Source of the DNA: an uncultured Acidobacteriota bacterium
GTDB taxonomy: Bacteria > Acidobacteriota > Thermoanaerobaculia > Multivoradales > UBA5704
Reading direction: 5' to 3'
DNA: 64,000 bases
NCBI GenBank assembly: GCA_963770895.1
Contig: CAVYRF010000002.1
Span: 5,120,001 to 5,184,000, forward strand
Both the position numbers and the translations under genes were made by a program. The notes beneath the pieces are model-generated. The model saw only the letters and a list, made by a program, of their open reading frames with translations, searched no databases and was not told where the DNA came from. Of the stretch, positions 64,000 to 64,000 are shown piece after piece. How positions within the stretch are numbered: position 1 is the stretch's first letter; every line of letters begins with the position of its first letter.

Positions 64000-64000
64000 G

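Overview
Very GC-rich bacterial chromosomal window. The gene content (exosortase H, a recurring Cys-bracketed C-terminal domain, KLxLxRETLR-leader peptide) suggests Acidobacteriota, possibly Thermoanaerobaculia; this is inference. Left part: a stand-alone 5151-aa NRPS (ACP-C-A-T-C-A-T-C-A-T-C-A-T-TE; predicted acyl-Gly-X-Thr/Dhb-basic residue) upstream of an MMPL/RND exporter, then cydAB, a DUF2157-like membrane pair, a GT-C-like membrane protein, and S9, S53 and CPBP proteases. Middle: smc; a DUF222-HNH gene whose parS-like palindrome is repeated upstream of smc; an operon of a Mom-like GNAT, a GT4 glycosyltransferase and exosortase H with its partner; an orphan Cys-periodic RiPP precursor; pyrR-pyrB-pyrC; a LecB-like lectin. 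Right: PilZ, suhB, M23 peptidase, GspE/PilB ATPase, PQQ sugar dehydrogenase, aroC, RNB nuclease, and a convergent class I lanthipeptide lanC/lanB pair. Upstream of lanB, at the window edge, is a Gly-rich putative precursor that the ORF track missed. No rRNA, tRNA or CRISPR array was seen. Family calls come from motif recognition, not database searches.
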